NCBI RefSeq assembly: GCF_018350175.1
Contig: NC_058373.1
Span: 117,368,001 to 117,432,000 of the forward strand
Direction: 5' to 3'
DNA from: Felis catus
Taxonomy: Eukaryota
DNA length: 64,000 nt
The notes under the pieces were generated by a model. That model was not told the DNA's origin, did not search any database, and saw nothing but the letters and a program-made list of their open reading frames with translations. Below are positions 48,631-61,559 of the stretch, piece after piece (the first letter of the stretch is position 1; each line of letters begins with the position of its first letter). A program made the position numbers and the translations under genes.

Positions 48631-49514
48631 AAAATATTGTAGAATATTTAAAGTAGGAGGAAACAAGGCAGGATTTTTTGGATTTTAACACCAGAATTCT
48701 TTTCTCAAATAAGATCTTGTATGGAGCTCCAGTACCTGCAACTGGAAAGGAGAGAGCTGTGGGACAACTGGAGAAAGAAGACAGCCCCTCATTGCTCATT
48801 TCCCTCCTTGGCCTCCTGTCTGCCCCAGGGAGGCTGCCGACACTCCTCCAGGTAGCCAGGTGGAAGCTTCCCATGTCACTCTGCACAAAGAAATGAAAAC
48901 GTTTAGGTTAATAACATTTTCTCCCAGCTTCTAGTAGTAGAAGACATCTTTTCCTTTCAAATTCCCCCTCTGTAAACTTCTTTACCGCATATGTATTTAG
49001 AATGTCTTATAGAGATTAGTAATATAATTGCAAGGTTTAATATAATATTGGTATTTGACACTCTGTTGGACCTAAGCAACCAAGGAAAAGGGAGTAAATA
49101 AAAACTGAGTGAAGGAAACTTCACTCACATGTGAATGGAACTGCATGTCAGTTGTGCATATAAACATCTGGATGGAAATTTTTTCAGCTATTTGTGTATT
49201 GAAATACATTTACATATAGTGAAATGCATAGCTTTTAAGTGCACCATCCGAGTTGTGTTGACAAATGCATATACTTGGGTAACCCACAGCTCTATCAAAA
49301 TCGACAAAATTTCTATCACCCAAGAAAATTCTCTCATTCGCTTCCCACACCCCCAAAAGATACCCCCCCACACACACACTTGGAAGCAACCCCAAATGTG
49401 ATGTCTGTCACCGTAATCAGTTTTCCTATTCGAACTTCATATAAATGAAATCACACTGTATATGTACTCTTTCGTGTCTGGCTTTTATCTCTTAGCATAA
49501 CATTTTTGAGATTA

Positions 49515-49630
49515 GGGGCACCTGGCTGTCTCAGTGAAAAGAGCATGCAACTTGATCTCAGGGTCATGAGTTCGAGCCCCGCGTTGGGTGTAGAGATTGC
49601 TTAAACATAAAATCTCTTATGAAAAAAAAA
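49515..49630 (+). mobile_element. Short old Can-SINE (tRNA part plus tail)
   Basis: ggggcacctggctgtctcagt...gagttcgagccccgcgttgggtgtagagatt. Confidence 0.85.
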
Positions 49631-49901
49631 TATATATATATATTTGGGATTCAACCATGTTGACAAGTATGTCAGTATTCATTCCTTTTTATATCTGAGT
49701 AGTGTGCTACCTTGTGACTGGATATACCATAGTCTATCCATTCTTCTGTGGATGGACACCTAGAAAGTTTCTGGTATTTGGTTAGTACAACAAAGATGCC
49801 GTAAAAGTTCTTGTTCAAGGCTTTTTGTGGACATATGTCTTCATTTCTGTTGAATAGTACCTAAGAGTAGACTTGCTGAGTCACAAAGTATGTTCTCTTT
49901 T

Positions 49902-50476
49902 TTTTCTTTTTTTAAATATGAAATTTATTGCCAAATTGGTTTCCATACACTACCCAATGCTCATCCCAACAGGTGCCCTCCTCAATACCCATCACCCACC
50001 CTCTCCTCCCTCCCACCCCCCATCAACTCTGTTTGTTCTTAGTTTTTAAGAGTCTCTTATGGTTTGGCTCCCTCCCTCTCTAACCTCTTTTTTTTTTCTT
50101 CCCCTCCCCCATGGTCTTCTGTTAAGTTTCTCAGGATCCACGTAAGAGTGAAAACATATGGTATCTGTCTTTCTCTGTATGTCTTATTTCACTTAGCATA
50201 ACACTCTCCAGTTCTATCCACATTGCCACAAAAGGCCATATTTCATTCTTTCTCATCGCCACGTAGTATTCCATTGTGTATATAAACCACAATTTCTTTA
50301 TCCATTCGTCAGTTGATGGACATTTAGGCTCTTTCCATAATTTGGCTATTGTTGAAAGTGCTGCTACAAACATTGGGGTACAAGTGCCCCTATGCATCAG
50401 CACTCCTGTATCCCTTGGGTAAATTCCTAGCAGTGCGATTACTGGGTCACGGGGTAGATCTATTTTTAATTTTTTG
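49902..50476 (-). mobile_element. Young 5'-truncated felid L1 (ORF2 C-terminus plus 3'UTR)
   Basis: Uninterrupted GTCTPMFVAALSTIAKLWKEPKCPSTDEWIKKLWFIYTMEYY...; TSD aagtatgttctctttt at 49886-49901 and 50477-50492. Confidence 0.95.
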
Positions 50477-50509
50477 AAGTATGTTCTCTTTTTAAAAAAT
50501 CGTCCAAAA

Positions 50510-50642
50510 AGATGGTGTTACCCTTGTGGTGGGCGTAACACAACATATAGGGAAGTTGAATCACTATGTTGCACACCTGAAACCAATGTAACACTGTGTG
50601 TCAACTCAACTCAAATACAAAAAATTAATTAAAAAGTAAAAA
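50510..50642 (+). mobile_element. Short carnivore L1 3' end
   Basis: gttgaatcactatgttgcacacctgaaaccaatgtaacactgtgtgtcaac followed by an A-rich tail. Confidence 0.8.
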
Positions 50643-51401
50643 CCTAAGAGTTTTCCAAAATGGTTGTCCATTTTACACACTCAGTAGCAACGTATGAGTA
50701 CTGATTGTTGCACATCCTTGCCAGTCCTGGATACTATCAGCCTTTTCAACTTAGCCATTTAAGTGGATATATGGTAGTATCTCGCTGTAGTTTTAATTTG
50801 TATCCCCCTGTAACTAATGATGTTGGTTGCCTTCTCAAGTAATTATTGGCCCTTTATTGATCTTTTGTGAAATTTCTGTCTGATTTCTTGGTCTTTAAAA
50901 AAATTATGTTGCCTTTTTAGTATTAAACTATAGAGGTTCTGGATACAAGTTCTTTATCAGATATATATACCTGGCAAATATTTTCTCCCAACCTATGGTT
51001 TGCTTATTTTATTGAGGGTATCTTTTGATGAGCAGTTTTAAATTTTAAAGTTCAGTTTATAGATATTCTTCTTTTATAGTTATTGCTTTCTGTGTTTTAA
51101 GAAATCTTGCTTTTCCCAAAGTCACAAAGATATTCTTTTATATTTTCTTCTAGATTTATAGTTTTAACTTACACATTTATGTCTATAATCCATCTTGAAT
51201 TACTTTTTATGTATGATATTGAGTTGGACTCAAAGTTCTTTGCTTTTTCCGTATGGATATCCGGTCATTCCAGCACTATTTATTGAAGACTTTTCCTTTT
51301 TCCATTGAAAAAGTTTTGGTGCCTTTGTTGAAATGAATTTGACTGTGTTTGTGTGGATGTACATGCAGGCTTTTTGATTTCATTCTGTTATCCTATTTCA
51401 C

Positions 51402-51606
51402 TTTTTTTAATGTTTTTTTTTGAAAGAGAGACAGCATGTGAGTGGGGAAGAAGCAGAGAGAGAGAGAGAGAGACAGGGATCTGAAGCAGGCTTCAGGCTC
51501 CAAGCTGTCAGCACAGAGCCCAAGGGGGGCTCGAACCCACAAACTGCGAGATCATGACCTGAGCCGAAGTCGGACACTTAACCAACTGAGCCATTCAGAC
51601 GCCGCC
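51402..51606 (-). mobile_element. Can-SINE
   Basis: TSD ctatttcacttt on both sides. Confidence 0.95.
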
Positions 51607-51769
51607 TCTATTTCACTTTCCTTATGCCAGTTTCATCCTCTTGATTTCTGTGGTTTTCATAATAAATTTAGAATTCCGGTAGAGTAAGTCCTTCAACTTT
51701 GTTCTTTTATTTCTGGAACGTTGTGTCAATTCTGGGTCCTTTTCTATATAAATTTTAGAATAAGCTTAC

Positions 51770-52059
51770 AAAGCCAATTACATCCTTCTCCTAGAGACAA
51801 GAGGATACCTCTTCCTTTTGTTGCTATAAAGCCTGTCTCCTATAGCACCTACTGGTTCTCTCTGCCTTGGAGCATAGCGCCTTTGTGGCCCAGCATGACA
51901 TGCAGGGTCCTTCTCTCCCAAGCTGTGAGTCTATAACTAATAAATTGCCATCTATCTCCTTTGTCTGGTGTCAGGCATTGTGTCTTTCAGCCATCTCCTA
52001 CTATTTACGGCAGGGGATCCCTCCCTTACCAACTGGGTAAATCGGAGACAATTAGAACA
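51770..52059 (+). mobile_element. ERVL-type LTR 3' part
   Basis: TATA-like ctataaag, ctgtgagt...aataaa, ends agaaCA. Confidence 0.55.
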
Positions 52060-52478
52060 ATTCTACATTAGTACACATGGCAACGACTTATTCTTTTAGA
52101 CAACTGCAAAGAATTTCACAGGACAAATACAAACTAATTTACTGATGCTATTCTCTATTGGTGGACGTTTAGTTTCCAATTTCTGGTATCACAGCAATAC
52201 CATAGTGAATTTTCTTGAACATCTAAAGGAGTAAATTCTAAGAAGCTAAAGTCTGGATCAAAGACTATGCACATTTAAATTTTCGATAAACATTACCAGA
52301 TTTCTGTCCGTAGAATATTTATTGATTTGACTCTCATAGGCCATGTCTGAAAACTTAGTCCTCACAACCTTATCAACCCAGCAGGTTAAACTTGCTGACC
52401 TTGGCCAAGATGTTGGGTGAAAAATGTCAAGTTGCTGTGTTTTAGTTAACTTCTTCTTATTAGAACAGAGGGTGTCTA

Positions 52479-52597
52479 GGGGTACCTGTCTGTCTCAGGC
52501 AGTAGGGCCTGTGACTCTTGATCTTGGAGTTGTGAGTTTGAGCCCCATGTTGGGTATGGAGATCACGGAAAACAAAATAATAAACTTGAAAAAAAAA
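52479..52597 (+). mobile_element. Short old Can-SINE
   Basis: ggggtacctgtctgtctcagg...gtgagtttgagccccatgttggg plus A-tail. Confidence 0.8.
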
Positions 52598-52978
52598 GTG
52601 AGGTATCTTTCCATATACTAAAGAGTCATTTGTATTTCTGGTCTTTTTCTTATTGACTTGAGGAAGTTTTTCTATGTAAGTAAATTAGCCCTTTTTCTAT
52701 AATTAGGAATTGAAAATTGGTCATTTATCATTTGACTTAATTTATAGGATGTTTTGCTGACCAGATTTTTATTTCTTTTTGCATTGTCCAAGTTATCTTT
52801 TGTGGGTCTGGTTGTGGGGTTATACACAGAGAAGTCTTCTTTCTCTATAGTTGTTATAAAGAAATTCTCTGGATGTTTTTGTCTGGATTGTAACGGTTTA
52901 GTGATTACATTTAAATCTTTGTTTCATCTGGAATCTAGACTGATATAATGCATAAGATAAAGATAAGATAAAGATAAA

Positions 52979-53190
52979 GGGGTGCCTAGGTGGCTCAGTC
53001 AGTTAAACATCTGACTCTTGATTTCAGCTCAGGTCATGATCTCACAGTTTGCAGGATAAAGCCCCACGTGGGCTTTGCGCTGACAGCGTGGAGACTGCTT
53101 GGGATTCTCTCTCTCCCTCTCTCCCAGTCTCTCCCCTGCTCTCTCTCTCTCTCTCTCTCTCTCAAAATAAATAAAATAAAACTTTTTTAA
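52979..53190 (+). mobile_element. Can-SINE
   Basis: Full body with (CT)n and aataaa tail; preceded by a short GATAA-type repeat. Confidence 0.95.
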
Positions 53191-54039
53191 AAACCCAAAA
53201 CTTTTATTTTTTCAGTTGACTACCTATTTGAGAATAACTCATCTTTTCTATACCACCTTTATCAAATAATAAGAGATTGTTTTGGTATATGATCTGGTCC
53301 ATGAATCTATCTGTTTCCTCGTATATTGATACAAGAATTATTTTTATTGTTATATATTTTAATTATTATATATTTAAAACGTTTGAATATCTGTCATATT
53401 TTGCAATTTTATTCTTTTTCTTATTCTTAATTCTGTTTTCCATATGAACTTTTGGAATCACCTTGTCTACAACTCCATAAAAAAATTCTGTTGCTACATT
53501 ATTGGGATTATTTGACATTTATTTACTAACTTAAGGAGAATTGAATCTTTAAGATGCTAAGCTTTCCAATCGAAGGATGTGATGCACATTTTATCTCTTT
53601 AATGGCCTTTATATCCCTGAAAGGTAGTTTAAATGTTTAGTTTGTATAGATCTTGCGCATTTCTTATACATTTATTCCTAGATATTTATGTAGTAGTCTT
53701 TACCTCCTTTGAGATTTTCTAACTAGTTACAATTTGTTAATATTAAGGCCAGTGATTTCTAGATATGAACATCCCCCAGCCATCTAGTTGAATTTTTTAG
53801 TATTTATAATAGTTTTCCAGATATGTAGTCATATCTCCAATTAATGATGATTTTACTCATTCATGCTGTCTTTATAGTTCTTATTTCTCTCTCGTCTGTT
53901 TTGGGTTGGCCTTTAGAGCAACACTAAGTAAAAGACAAAGGGTGTCTTTATCTTATTCTTGACTTTAATTTCTGCGGTTTTTCCACACCAAATATTAACC
54001 AAGTCTCTGCTATATTCCAGGCACCAGGATGTAGCAAAT

Positions 54040-54325
54040 CCACCTGTCATTCAAGACTCAGCTCAAATCCACCTTCTTCCAAAGCCCTTTTTGATCATCT
54101 CAAGCAGCAGTTGTCTTTTTCTCCTCTATACTTCATCTTTGCCTCCCCTGTGCCCCTTCCTACTTTTTAACCTGTTTTAGAGTTACTTGTGTCTTCATTA
54201 TTGTAGTCCTCTAAAATGCCGTAAGCTCAGGGAAGGCAGGGTCTCTGACTAATCATCCAGTCGTGCTCAGAATTCTGGCTCGCACGCAGCAAGTGCTCAA
54301 CACTGTGCTGCTCAGTTAATTGGTA
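54040..54325 (+). mobile_element. L2 3' fragment
   Basis: tcaagactcagctcaaa, taagctcagggaaggcagggtct, aagtgctcaac. Confidence 0.65.
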
Positions 54326-55379
54326 ACTCATTAGTATGAAGATCTGCTCCAACAAACTTTAGATAGACATCTGCTCAAATAAAATGCAGGATTCTCATAC
54401 AGAGCGCTGAGGCACGAGTAATAAATACAAACCCAGAAGACAAAATACAAGCATACACGTGTTCAGCACCAGCCAAACAACCTTCCCTTTCACTTCTTAG
54501 GGAGGGAATACAACAGAGAGGAAGTAGCCTCTGTTGCAGCCAGAGAGCTTGGAACCTTTGGAGGTCGGTCAGTTCTCTGAATCTTGACAAAATGATACCA
54601 ATCATCAAGTCACTTCATGCCTTTTAGGTTTATCCTCAGAATCCTTTTCTCTAAAAAGCCTCTCTCCCTAGGGATCATAGAGTGACTGTTATTTAGTATT
54701 ACTGCGTATCAGTGTTTAGTCTCTTCATGACATGCAGTTGGTTTTACTTGGTAAGGAATGGCCCCTGGATTTTAAATTCCTATGTCTAGCGTCTCCACGT
54801 ATTGTGTTCACTTCACTGTTCCCCTCACACCCGTGATTTACCTACACACCCTTTGCGAGTCCACATGAACGAACACCTTTAATGTGCAGCGGAAGCTGTT
54901 TGGGGGCACCTGTTATCAGCCCACTAGCACCTCCCTACCCACGTCCGCAGAGGCCTGAGTGTGGGGGGGGGGGGAGGCCAGGGACGTGGGTGTGGGGGCC
55001 TGACTCCTCAGGTTACAACCCATAATAGGAAGAAAGTCTAAGAACCCGAGATTTGGGTCCTAAAAGGTAGCACAGCAGCTGACACCTGCGTAGCTCATCA
55101 GTTTCTGTTCCATGAATAACTCGCCCATGGGTGAGTGAATGAGCAAGCACGCTCAGGTCTCAACAGGAGCTGGACCATGGACTGACTTGCACTACAGGCT
55201 TTTCTCATTTTTCGATATGGTTGAAGCCGACAGGTTGTGCGTTTGCCCTGGTTTAAGAAAAGCTCCCGCATCCTGGCCCTCGTGCAATATTGTGAAGCTT
55301 AGGTTGCTTAGTTGATAAATATGGCTTTATTATTCATTCAGGCATTTGAGTGAAAGAGCACATGCACTGAAAGCAACAG

Positions 55380-56000
55380 CGGCTCCTTTTAAGCTGCGCG
55401 CTCTGTTGAAGAGGTTCTTTCTTTCAATCTCAGGAAAAAGCACTGGTTGATGGTGGCCACGTACCCGGTCCCTCGAATCTCTGGTCATAGCCCGTGGAGG
55501 AGAGCGCTCACAGCTGCGGGCCACCCGCATCACCATTTCTGCCACTGGCCGGAGGGTATTGTCAGGACCTCGTTCAAAACCTGGCTTTGTGGTCGGAGAC
55601 GTGTTCTGGGGACCGTGACCATAGTTGGTCCCGACCATTCGTTATCATCATCTCTTTCTCCCCCGCTCAACATTGGTATGAACTGAGATTTGCGGGTACG
55701 TGCCGCCTGTGTGGGCCTTTCGGAAGACAACTTCTGTCCTGCTTCCCCATCCTTTCCTCTCCGCCAGCTCTTCCCCACACGTCGGTCATGCAATATTGAT
55801 GACCTCCGGCCCCTTCTCCGCCCCAGTGTTCCCGAAGCCCTTGTGCACCGCTGAGCGGAGACAGGTGCAGGACCTAGCGGGGGGTCCAAGACTGCTGCTT
55901 CAAGGTTACCAGGGCCTCCTGGCTGCCAGAGCGGACCCCTGGCACTGGAGATAAGGCGGGGGCGGTGGCCCAGCCAGTATGAGGGAGGGTTTGTTCCTCT
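55380..56000. promoter_or_regulatory. Weak CpG island / candidate regulatory element
   Basis: About 31 CpG by hand count in 55441-55980, GC-rich, GC boxes near 55818 and 55958, AGATAAG at 55949; no repeat recognised. Confidence 0.4.
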
Positions 56001-58149
56001 CCTCTGTTCTCTAGGAAGTAAAAGGTTAAACTGTTCATTTTAAGAGACCCCCTGAGTATAAAGTACTGATGTTCGTCTTTCTAGAATGGGCTGATTCCTA
56101 GGCTCTTGACCTTTACTCCGACTCATCAGCTGCGCACTCCTCAGAGAGCTTTCCTTTCCTTCTACTTGGTCAGGACAAGAGAGGCTAGGGTGTGTTGTTA
56201 GCTTAGTGCTCGGGGACGGGCAGTGCAGGAAACATTCCCTTTGTTCCCCCTTCTTATTCAGCCAGGTTTTGACAAGATACAACAGGGTGAATAATTTCCA
56301 CAGAGTGAGTGCCCTTTCTGAAGATTCTCTGCTGGAGGAGAGAAGCCGTCTCCACAGAGAAGCCGGGAGCCACACCGCGGGGACCTGTCTCCCTTCACGT
56401 TTGTATGCGTCATTTACACATATTGAGCTCCGTCCACACGTCCACAGCCAGTCTCTCCTGAGGCTTCCCGTGACACGGGCTGCCGCTTCCGGGAGTATTA
56501 GCAGGCCGGACCCTTCCAGGGTCCCATTTGACTCTGGCTTCTTCCACCATAGTCAGATTTCCTATTCGAGGAGTCAGAATTCACAAGGACCGGGGTGATG
56601 TTGGCAAAAGACAATCAGATCTCTACTTTCCGGTTCCAAAAAATCGAAACAAGTATTCTTCTTGAAAAAATAAAATAAAATAAAAAACAGCCACACAGGA
56701 CTCTACTGTGTTCCAGACACCAGGCGACCTTGTCTTCGGATTATTCTAGAAAGTAGGGGAGTGATTTGTGTGATCACTCCAGCTAAGGAATGAGGAGAGA
56801 AGGGAAGACCATAGTTCTAGCCCAACCCTCCGACAAGAGACAATGCACCTAAGCTTTCCAAGTGTTGCTCAGAATTGTGTCAAAAACGAACAGTCCTTTA
56901 TTTCACAAAATATTTTAATGAAAACAAAAGAGAAACTAAGAGCCTCGTGGACTACTGGTCCTGCCTAGTTCACATCTTCAAAGACCTTTAGTAATCTCCA
57001 TTGTGTGGCTATGTGATTTTTATCACACAACCTCAGACTCTTACAATTTTTAAATAATTCACCACCAAGAACTCCTGTCAGAACTAAATGCTAATAAGAT
57101 TTGGTCCGGAAGTCTAGCATGGTACGATCGTTAATGTTTAATGCACTCACATCAAAGTGGGGTAATCCTGCTACTGAAGGTCAAGAAAGGCTTTAAAAAA
57201 AAATAAATAGGGGAGAAAACATTACAGATATTCTGTTAGTTTTTTCACTCAGATGAATCTAGCATAAACTTATTACAGCCAAGCCCAAGATAGACATTTC
57301 CTGGTGATCTGGCAACTCCCCTTGTAGCATTATGTGGTCTGTCTCTTTCCTCTTCCTCTTTGCTTCTAATGAAGATGATGAAAAGTGTCTCTGGGATATA
57401 CCGCATCTTCCAAGTGCTCTGTCACTGTCCCTCCAAAAGATTGCTGTTGGGTTTTATAACCATCGCTGATATGCACAACTAATTTACATACAGAATTTGC
57501 ATATTGAATTATGGTTTGGTTTTGGAGCTATGGCAATGGAAGGTATCACTTCTGATGGGAGAAGGAAGAATGACTTTCAGGGATGCAGTAGGAAATTGCA
57601 AAGAACTCTGCTCCCGGTTCCCTCGCTAAATCAAAAGATTACAAGGGTCAAGATCAATGTCTTCATTTTCTTTAGGCAGTATTCTAAAGAGGCCCCAGCA
57701 GAAAACTCCAGCCCTAGGATTTCTGGTAATTGAAAAAAGAAGCAACTGTTCTTGGGCAGCGTGTGATGCCTGTAGAAGTGCACCAGCTCCTGGGGGCAGC
57801 CTGGAGTCAGGTTCAGTCTGCTCGTGATGGCTCCCGCAGAGTTACTGTAGCAGGTATGCGTGCTAGTGTTCATTAGTAAGCTTCCACAGAAACTTACAGA
57901 TTTCTCGGTTGAAAGAGAAAATATTTGGGGGGGACCCAGCCTCGATTTTCCCTGGCAAATTGTTCCATGGCTTTGAGATAAACGCACCCATTGAAAACTC
58001 TGGAATACATTTTCACGTGGTTCTATTATCACTCATCATTTCGCCAAGAAACATTAGTGAGGAAAGCTATGAAGTGGCTAACTAAGCTTTTGTGGGTTTT
58101 GTGTTTTGTTTTGTTTTGTTTTTGCCTTTTCATCTTGGTGTGTTTTAGT

Positions 58150-58375
58150 GGGAGAAGAATCCATCTGAGATGAGAGGGTCAGATTCCGGTGTTAGCTCTG
58201 CCCACTAAGAGTGTGTTTCTTTACGCAAGGGTCAGAATCTTTCCAGAAATTAATTTCTTGATTTGCCAAATGATGCTAACAATACCTGCCCCAGCTGTCC
58301 TGTACCAGGGTATTAGGGATAAAGTGAAATCACAGATGGGAAAGTGTTTGCAAAATTCTAAAATGTTTAGATAGT
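58150..58375 (+). mobile_element. MIR
   Basis: aaatgatgctaacaatacctgccc...ggattagggataaagtgaaat-like core...gggaaagtgtttgcaaaatt. Confidence 0.55.
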
Positions 58376-58754
58376 GTTTCCTTGTGTGTCAAGGGAGTAA
58401 TCAATTACACTTCTACTGCAAAAAAGGCAGTTAGGAGGATTGAATGTCAAGGGCTTAGCAGAGACCCTGACACATAAAAAGCACCCTATGGATGGCAGCT
58501 GGAGGACCAAGCAGTGGGGGTGTTACCTCCCAATCTCCTCCATTACCCTTCTCCCATAAAAAGCAATAGATCTTAACGGGCCCCAAAGGTCACTTTGGTG
58601 CTAATAGTTTTTGGCTTTGGAGACTTCTGCCCTTCTGGAAGCTTACATTCCTCCTTCCCAAACATTTGCAGAGTTTAGCTGTTCAATGGAAGGGAATGAG
58701 GCACCAATCAACAAGAAATGACCTTGGAGCCGACATGACCTTGGAGCTGCAGCA

Positions 58755-59135
58755 ACTTGATTTAGAATTCTAGCTCTGCTTCTTGCTTGCTGGGTGTGAT
58801 CTTGGGCAGCCTTCTTTAATGCCTTGTGCCTCTCTTTCTTCATCTAGGGGATTGTGTTAGACTGTCTCCCTCACGGGGAAGTTATGGGTTCAAATGACAC
58901 AATGCCACCGTCAGGAGAGACTAGTTATCTTTCAGGGTGCAGTACAAAAGAAAATGCAGGGTCCCTTGTTCAAACATGATTAAGAACATCAAGATGGCAA
59001 CAGCAGAGCATTAAGCCAAGTGTAGGGCCCTTCTGAGGTCAAGTGCAGGGCAAAGGGCAAGTCACACCATAAAGCTAGCCCTGGCCACAGTTCCTGGCCC
59101 AGTGGCAGACTGCCACCCAGGAGATACTCAGTAAA
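58755..59135 (+). mobile_element. MIR interrupted by MER45A
   Basis: gctgggtgtgatcttgggcagccttctttaatgccttgtgcctctctttcttcatct; tail resumes after 59091. Confidence 0.7.
58912..59083 (-). mobile_element. MER45A hAT-Tip100 MITE
   Basis: aaaatgcagggtcccttgttcaaa...caagatggcaacagcagagcattaa; 8-bp TSD gccaccgt / gccacagt. Confidence 0.85.
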
Positions 59136-59832
59136 GACTGATTGCTTTTCTTTCTTTTCCTCACTTCTTTTCTCTTTTCTTTCCTTTATAGATTTATATT
59201 CCTAATTTATATCCTACTGCAATTTCTCTTACAAGTCTCTTAGGTTGAAGTTCCCTCTGATGATTAAGCTGCCTCTTCCCTTTTGTCCTGAAATCAGGGA
59301 GTCAGGTGGTAGGATTGAGAGAGGATAGTTTATATCTAGACTCCTCCTGTCTCCGTGTCTATATTTCCCAAGGTCTTTCAAAGACAGTCCAAGAAAATAA
59401 AGAACTGACAGCATCATGATGCAAAATAAAGGGCTAGAGTGTATGTATATGGGACCGGGAGGAGGGAGAAAGGATAGAGAAGGTAAACTACAACAAAGGA
59501 AAAAAAGAAAAACAAAGGAAAATGAAGGCATTAGAAGAAGGTAAAAGCCTGCACTTTCCAAAGGATATTATTTTGCTACCATACGTCCAAGCCCAACAAG
59601 GGCTGATTCATTATAAAGTCACCTATACTTTCTTCCCAACTTTCAGCCCTTTCCTTGAAATCAAAACAACCAAACCCTTTCTGAGGTCATGGTCTTTTGT
59701 CTCTGAACATTATAATCAACAAAGGATTTTGTTATGTATTAGTTTGCAGAAATCACAGTATCTGTGAGTTTCGGTATGCTACTCACATGTTCATGTCATA
59801 GAGGAGAAGATAAAGTAATTTTCCATAGTTAC

Positions 59833-60299
59833 TGTGTCCATTGGGAATGATTGGCTGCAAGTAGCAGAAAACCTGAATTTCTGTATTTGGGGAGGGGAGG
59901 CCCTCCTAATAAGAGGCTCAGAGGCACACTGTGGCCTCAGGGGTTGGGCAACTCACAGACACCTTCTTTCCTTTCTGCTCTTCTCTTGGCCTTTCCTTCA
60001 AGGTCACAAGATGGCTGCTTTGGCTCCAGGCATCACGTGGTCAGAAGAAGAAATGTGAAAAGGAGCGGTGTCAGCCATATTGATGTCTTTTCTCATGAAA
60101 GTTAAACTTCTTCGGGCACCCCCCAGCTTGCAGACTTTGCTCGTGTCTCATTGGCCAGAACCATGTCCCATGGAAGTCTTGGCCACGTAAAAATGCTAAG
60201 AAAGAGGGTGTTTCGCTTTTCCAGCCTTTATACTGATGGTGAGAGAGAAGGGTGTTGAGACACCTCTCGGGTAAAGCACACAACAGCGCGTAGGCCGTA
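59833..60299 (-). mobile_element. Old MLT1 (J-like) LTR
   Basis: ggctgcaagtagcagaaaacc, ggtcacaagatggctgct, gtctcattggccagaac. Confidence 0.75.
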
Positions 60300-61349
60300 G
60301 TGACACAGATAACAAGTGGCAGGAACAGAGACTGAACCCAAATCCTTTATTCCTGAGTCTAGTGATTTTACCACTGCCACATTGCTCTTCTTTTTACAAT
60401 GTGTTCAACACCATCCAGCTTGGCCACTTCCTGCTGAGACAAGCAGACAGAAGTCACTCCCTCCACATTATGGAAATTTTAACACAGGGAATACATTTAC
60501 TATGCCTTGCTTTAAGCCTCCCCAGAGAACCTCCTCCAAATTATATAAAACTGAGAGATAGACGGTTTATAGAGAATTTTTTCCTTACGTGAGAAATTCT
60601 GTGTGTTTGAAGTTTCGTGAAACTAGTTGTATTATATTTGGAACACATAAGAGAAACTGTGTGAAACATTGCTTTAGGCTCTGTGCCCTAGAATTTCCAG
60701 GCTTCAGCTGCCCCTCCTCCCACCCTGCTTCAAGTCACAACTGACTTGTTTTTTGGTAGGAGCTATTTACATATGAAGATCATATTTAGATGCCCTTAGT
60801 AAATTGTTAAACTCACTTTCCGAAACAAGACCAGAGTCATAAACATACATAAATATCAGCTTGAGAGAGTAGAAACAAAAGCCAAGCTGGAATTTCTCCA
60901 CTGTAATCACCACATGCAGTTACTGAAGCAGAAAAGCTGAGCTGAGTAATTCAGTCCAAGGTAGAGAAATAACAGAATCTGGAGATGTAAATATGTTTCT
61001 GTTGGAGATATTTGGAATAGCATTATCATCAGCTTCTTCCTTTTTAGCTGGAGAATGTTGTTTGAGGAATTTTTGTTGTGTTTTCTCTAAATGCTTCCGG
61101 CAGTAAATTAGAAGTATAGCACCTGCTGAATGTTTAGTTGTAGTTGAAGCATTGAATAAATCATGAAATCTGTGTAAGGTGAACTGAATAATAGCTTCCC
61201 TGGAGAGAACTGTAATTTAATGTTGACAAAATAAATCACCTAGCATTTTCTGGGGAATCTTTTCCTTGTAGCAGGAGTGTTTGATACTCCTAAGTTAATT
61301 AAGAGTTTTGGCAGATTGGACTGCGTTAAACCTAGCGGTATGTTTAAGA

Positions 61350-61530
61350 ACTACCATTTATGTGCTAGGCACCAGGTTAGGCAATTTTATAAGCATCGGG
61401 TCCTTACATTCTCACCCAGCCCTGTGCAGTTCTTAGCTGTGTTTTTCCAGATGAACAACTAAGATTGGCAGAGGCCATGTGTTGAGTCTCAACACCTCAA
61501 CGAGGAAGGAGTAAATTTCTTCCACCACTT
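61350..61530 (-). mobile_element. MIR
   Basis: tatgtgctaggcac...ttctcacccagccctgtg...ttccagatgaacaactaag. Confidence 0.55.
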
Positions 61531-61559
61531 ATTCATGAAAGTAAGTTTTTCCCAGGCAG

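Larger units (their letters stand above)
49179..51770 (-). mobile_element. Old L1 (L1MB-like) carrying four younger insertions
   Basis: Antisense 3'UTR and ORF2 motifs, e.g. ttgacaaatgcatatac, gcaaatattttctccca, ccagcactatttattgaagac. Confidence 0.85.
52060..53975 (-). mobile_element. Highly diverged L1 (L1ME-like) ORF2 region
   Basis: T-rich antisense ORF2 motifs, e.g. tgttttccatatgaactttt and atttattcctagatattt. Confidence 0.7.

Noticed and set aside
50131..50403. Intact 90-aa ORF with a recognisable protein sequence
   Set aside because: It is the C-terminus of L1 ORF2 in a 5'-truncated copy, with no promoter and no ATG start in the track.
5625..53190. Recurrent MAQSVK...SLEPASDSVSPSLS peptide family
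   Set aside because: These are conceptual translations of Can-SINE copies, not a gene family.
54955..55000. G-quadruplex-like G-runs (also near 27575 and, on the minus strand, 2891)
   Set aside because: Mostly homopolymer G tracts, which are common and error-prone; no evidence of function.
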